Shown here: in pieces, positions 59,426-64,000 of the stretch | Layout: every line of letters begins with the position of its first letter | Position numbering within the stretch: the stretch's first letter is position 1 | From: Hamiltosporidium tvaerminnensis FI-OER-3-3 | Taxonomy: Eukaryota > Fungi > Microsporidia | Direction of reading: 5' to 3' | NCBI GenBank assembly: GCA_022605425.2 | Contig: CM061246.1 | Span: 1,612,001 to 1,676,000 of the forward strand | Length of the DNA: 64,000 nt | Position numbers and translations under genes: made by a program | Notes under the pieces: model-generated | What the model was told of the DNA's origin: nothing | What the model saw: only the letters and a program-made list of their open reading frames with translations | Databases searched by the model: none

Positions 59426-62400
59426 ATGGAAATACTTAGAAAATCTTTATCGTTAAAAGAAAAAAATCAAAAAGTTAAATTTTTTGTGAATAGTTTGCTT
59501 AAGAAAGATGATTTATCTGATCTATTCTCTGACACAGACGATCCTTTCTCGCTTTCTAAAATTGGTAAAACATGTTTACTGCAATGGAATACAATATTGG
59601 AAAAATATGAGGGTATTTTGAAAGCAGAAAGTCATGAACATTTTCATAATCTGTTTCAGGTGAAAGGATTTGAGGCGAGTTTAAAGTCTAGGCTTATATT
59701 GCTGTTTAAGATTTTAATTTATATAATGAGAAATACTCATAATCACGAATTGTATATAATTGATTCAACGCATGCTAACTTTTTATATTCAAGTGATACA
59801 GATATATCTTTTTATTCTTTTCTTTTTCATAATGAATTTTACAACAATTTTACACATCCGCATAATACAATGACAATTCGTTACTTCAATTCATTGGATC
59901 TTTCCTATTTTACCGAAAAAAAATATGAAATTTCTTCTGACTTCGAGAATGATATAATAGACATTAGTTTTACATATAAAGAGAAGTGTATTACGGATTT
60001 TCAAAATGAAGGGCAAAAAAATATTCAAAACAACGTCTTTGATGCTCCATTGCCGGTTTTAAGTGAATTGTACTCTAAATATTCGAATGGTTTATTACTT
60101 TGTTCGCAAATATTTAGATATGAATTTTATAAAAATTCAGAATCTCAAAAGCTGCTCTCAATAGAAATATTGGCCAATTTACTTTATTAAAAAATCCATT
60201 CAAAAGTTCAACTCGAAATTATTTTATATTCCGTATATTTTTTTTGCACGAATTTGTTAGAAGATTGTTTCCTTGATAGTTTATCAATATTATCCACAAA
60301 TATTTTTTTAATCGCTAAATACCATATTGAAACCGAAGAAACCGTATTTCTAAGAAATGTGATAGAACATATTAGTTTAAAACTTGACTCATGTTCTATT
60401 ATTTTAAAAAATGAAATTTATTCATGGCTTAAAACTCGGTTCTATATTTTGTTGAATTTTTTGAATAAAGATTTTATAAAGAAGCAAAAACCTACTAATC
60501 TATTTCTAGAAATGGATTCAAAAAATATTTTTATGTATATTTGCTATATTTTATACGATCAATCGATATTTATAGATTTTATGAATGGTTTTATATCGAA
60601 TAATACATCCCAAATATTAAATGATTTTTACTTCAAAATATTCCATGAAGATACAAATTATGAAATTAAGGATGTTTTTGGTGTCTATTGTAGAAATCAT
60701 GAAGACTATAATGAATATAAACTTTTGTTTTATCAAATATTTGCCAAGATCATAATTTACTTTGTCGAAAATCCACATCTAAATGAACATAATGGAATTA
60801 TTTATCCATTTTGTGAGTATTTTTATAGGTTTACAGAAAATATTATTTTATATAATTCCACTTTTATTGATCACGTCTGTGAAATAATATTAGCAATTTT
60901 TTCTCACAGTGGAAATAATAAAGTATTGTTTTATAAATTTCCGATTTTGAAAAACATATTAAAATACTATTTTTATCAATCGAAAAATGATACCACAGTA
61001 TTTTTCATACATAATATCATATATTTGATCAGATTAAATGCAAATTATTATTTATTTTATAATGATTCGCTTTTTCTAGAAAATTTTATAGATGTGTGGT
61101 TTAAAAATGCTGAGTTGTCAGTTTACTTACTTCTTTTTCCGCTAGAAAAATACATGATGCTAACATATATACAAATATATCTCAATAATCAAAAAATATA
61201 TATATTTAATCTTGATTTGCTTTTATGTCATTTAAATGATATGAATACCCTAAGTAATGTAGATATGAACGTCTTCTTAAATTTCAAAAAATTAAGTGTA
61301 CCATTTTCATTCACATCCAAATATTTCGATTTTCTTAAAAGTATAAATGAATATAATATAGTTGAAACTTGTTCTTGTTATGATTTTCATTACAAACATG
61401 TGCTTGAATTAAGTGAAATGATCTTAAATAGTGTTTATTTAAAAATAAAATATGAAACAGAAATAGATATTTATTCTGCGATTCAAATAGAAGATTATCA
61501 TTATTATTGTACTGATGTTAGTTTTTTATTGAAAATAAACTATCTTATAGTGAAGAAGCTTGCAAGTAATTTTTCAGAAAAATTTCTAGTATTTGAATCA
61601 ATTCATCGTTTTATTTCGAACATAGAGATTGGAATACTTCTTGACTTGGTAAGTCTCGACAAAACAAATCCTAACTATTACAAAAAAATTTCTAAATCAT
61701 TTGTATTTCTTAAACATTTGGAAGAAAACATTGAACATGTATATTCTATCGAACAGCATATCTCTAGATACGAATGTATTAAACGAATCATTGGTATAGT
61801 TACTTTAATTTACAAGAGGATGTTTTTATCAATCAAGTTACCCATTATTTCTATAAGCTCTGATGAAATCAACATTGTGGATCTCGATTGTAAATTAAAT
61901 GCACTTAATAATTCAGATATGGATATAATTTCGTTTATTTTCGAACGAAATTATGTTTTAATTTTGAAACTTTTATTAAGATTCCAAAAATTTCCAAGAA
62001 TAATACCACCGGAGGATTGTAACGAATCCATTGGATTTATATATTTTATACATAAAATATCATCTGATATGGTTACTTTAGATCCGAATTTGATTTCTAT
62101 ATATTTTAGATATATAAATCAGAACATTGGAATACTTTATAAATACGAATATAAAGAATTAATTAATTTATTACAGATACTTATAAATCATTCGGTAAAA
62201 TATTGTTCCACATATCAAATTGATCTGCAGAGCGTTAAAAACAAAGTTTTAAAAATTTTAAGAAGTCTTGTGAATAGAATAAATATATTTAACGAAACAA
62301 AAATTTATGAATTTATCGATTTAACATTTGATTTTTTAGAAGAAAATATTTCACTTTTAAGCTTAGAAGATTTTCTATTGTTTTTAAACGAACTAAGTTT

Positions 62401-64000
62401 TTCGTCAGAAAAAATTGAAAAAATTATTTCAGAGTTAAAATTATTCTCAAAAATTTTAGTTTTAATTGCAAAATTCGATAACCATTATGTAAAAGATTTA
62501 AATAATACTGTAAATATTATAGAAAACCCTTTTTTACATCCTTTTTTGAACGATTCATTTTTAAATCTTAATTTTACTGATTTTTTTAAAGAAGCTCAAA
62601 AAGATCAAGATTCAATTTTTTTCTTTATTTTTAAACACATTAATTTAATTGAGGATCCGAAAGTATATTTCGATAAAAATGCCAGTAAAATTGATAAATA
62701 TTTAAAAATATTAAGGTATAATATTGTGACAAATATAAATAACAATAAATCAATGGAATATAAAAAATCGAGTTTATTCCTACCAAATTTGAACGTTGAT
62801 TATAAAGAAGAATCAGATGTATTTATATACCTCATTTCCTTGGTAAGATTATCTAATTATTCCAACATTATATCTAAGTCAGAAATTTATACATATTTCG
62901 ACATTTCGAAGGTTTTGGAATTTTTAAAAATCAGATGTAAGAAAAATCCAGAAAATAAAGATTTAATTTTAGATTGTGCATATACATATCTCATATCCTT
63001 ATTTGAAGACGAATTGTATTTAGTAAGTTCTTTTATTTATGTTATTCATTTTTATGACCATTTACCGAGTAATATTACCGAGTACTTTAATCAAAAGTTT
63101 ATTTATACACCTAAAATACAAAACAAAGATAATATTCATTCAAATCCTATAAAAGATGATGATATTAAGTTAAAGGCCACAATTTTACATGATATCATTA
63201 ATATTTTAAAACAAGAAGTATATTTTTACAAAATATTTGCGCTACAATTTTTATCAGAACTTATTGCAACATTCCCTTCTCTGTTAAATATTATAAAAAA
63301 TGATATACATAAGGATTTTATCAATAGATTAGAATTTACATATTTATTAGGTATCGAGTTTAATAGATCTAATTGTAGTGAATGGGATTTATGTTTTAGG
63401 TTTGGATACTTTATTACCGTTTCATTATATAGAGGTAGTCTAAATTATGCCAAAGAAATGATCGAAAAAATATGTTCGTTATTAAATGAAAGTAATCAAC
63501 ACCGTTCTATAAATTTCATTTCATTGATTTACAAAATATTGGCTTCAGAGATTTGTTGTTGTAAGTATATTCAATATCTGAACATAATTAATCCTAAATT
63601 TTATGATAAAAATTGTAAAACAAACTGCGAAAAAAGAAAAAACGAAATTTTTAAAATATTTTTATCAAACAATATTTTAAACATATTATTATTAAAAGGC
63701 AAAGAGATATATAATGAAGAGATTTTTAGATCTAATTATATAAATGTTCTTATGGATCTTTGGGACGCCTTCTTTGAATATAGTAAAAATGGTAAAATTA
63801 AGATTGATAAAAAATATTTGATATGTTGCCTATTTCAGTTTTATGTGCCCAATTCTTCTGATATTTTATTTCCAAAGTGTCTCATCAAATACAAAAACCT
63901 AAAAATTGGTTCCATAAAAATTTCATCTAAATCTGAATTTCAAACATTTGAAAAGCTCAATCTAAAAAGATTATCTAAAATAAAAACCGTGGATTTCGGT
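59426..64000 (+). pseudogene. TOM1: Tom1/HUWE1-like HECT ligase, copy 2 (early TAA; truncated by the window end)
   Basis: TAA at 60188-60190 where copy 1 has TTA. GAA at 63644-63646 where copy 1 has TAA. Otherwise colinear and near identical. Confidence 0.8.

Larger units (their letters stand above)
32310..64000. repeat. Tandem segmental duplication, unit copy 2 (runs off the window; carries an extra ~3.8 kb retrotransposon)
   Basis: Colinear with 1..~27811. The offset jump of ~3.8 kb is explained by the insertion at 45443-49228. Confidence 0.95.

Noticed and set aside
1-64000. CRISPR arrays, tRNAs, prokaryotic operons, retrons or DGRs
   Set aside because: No repeat-spacer arrays or cloverleafs were seen. 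The genes are eukaryotic and the RTs are non-LTR type.

Overview
Very AT-rich eukaryotic DNA with no introns apparent in the long ORFs. The gene style (CCC motif just before ATG, long compact ORFs, many decayed retroelements) suggests a large-genome microsporidian; this is inferred, not confirmed. The window is two tandem copies of one ~32.3 kb unit: position 1 matches 32310 and position 64000 matches ~27811, with no junction visible. Each unit carries (1) an intact ATM/Tel1-type PIKK kinase, (2) a Tom1/HUWE1-type HECT E3 ligase broken by different nonsense mutations in each copy, (3) an orphan 460-aa ORF with a broken upstream extension, and (4) layered mobile DNA. The mobile DNA comprises R4/Dong-like RT-RLE non-LTR retrotransposons (subfamily B only in copy 2, with a 15-bp TSD), a 209-bp solo LTR, RTE-like SINEs and a ~725-nt highly structured non-coding retroposed unit. 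Three observations stand out. All three independent R4-like insertions begin essentially at their ATG, with no 5' UTR. One AT-rich target, ATAATTCTTTCTTA, was hit twice by different elements. The structured unit looks like a non-autonomous RNA built from an R4 ORF tail plus a ~500-nt folded domain. All comparisons were made by eye; no database searches were run.
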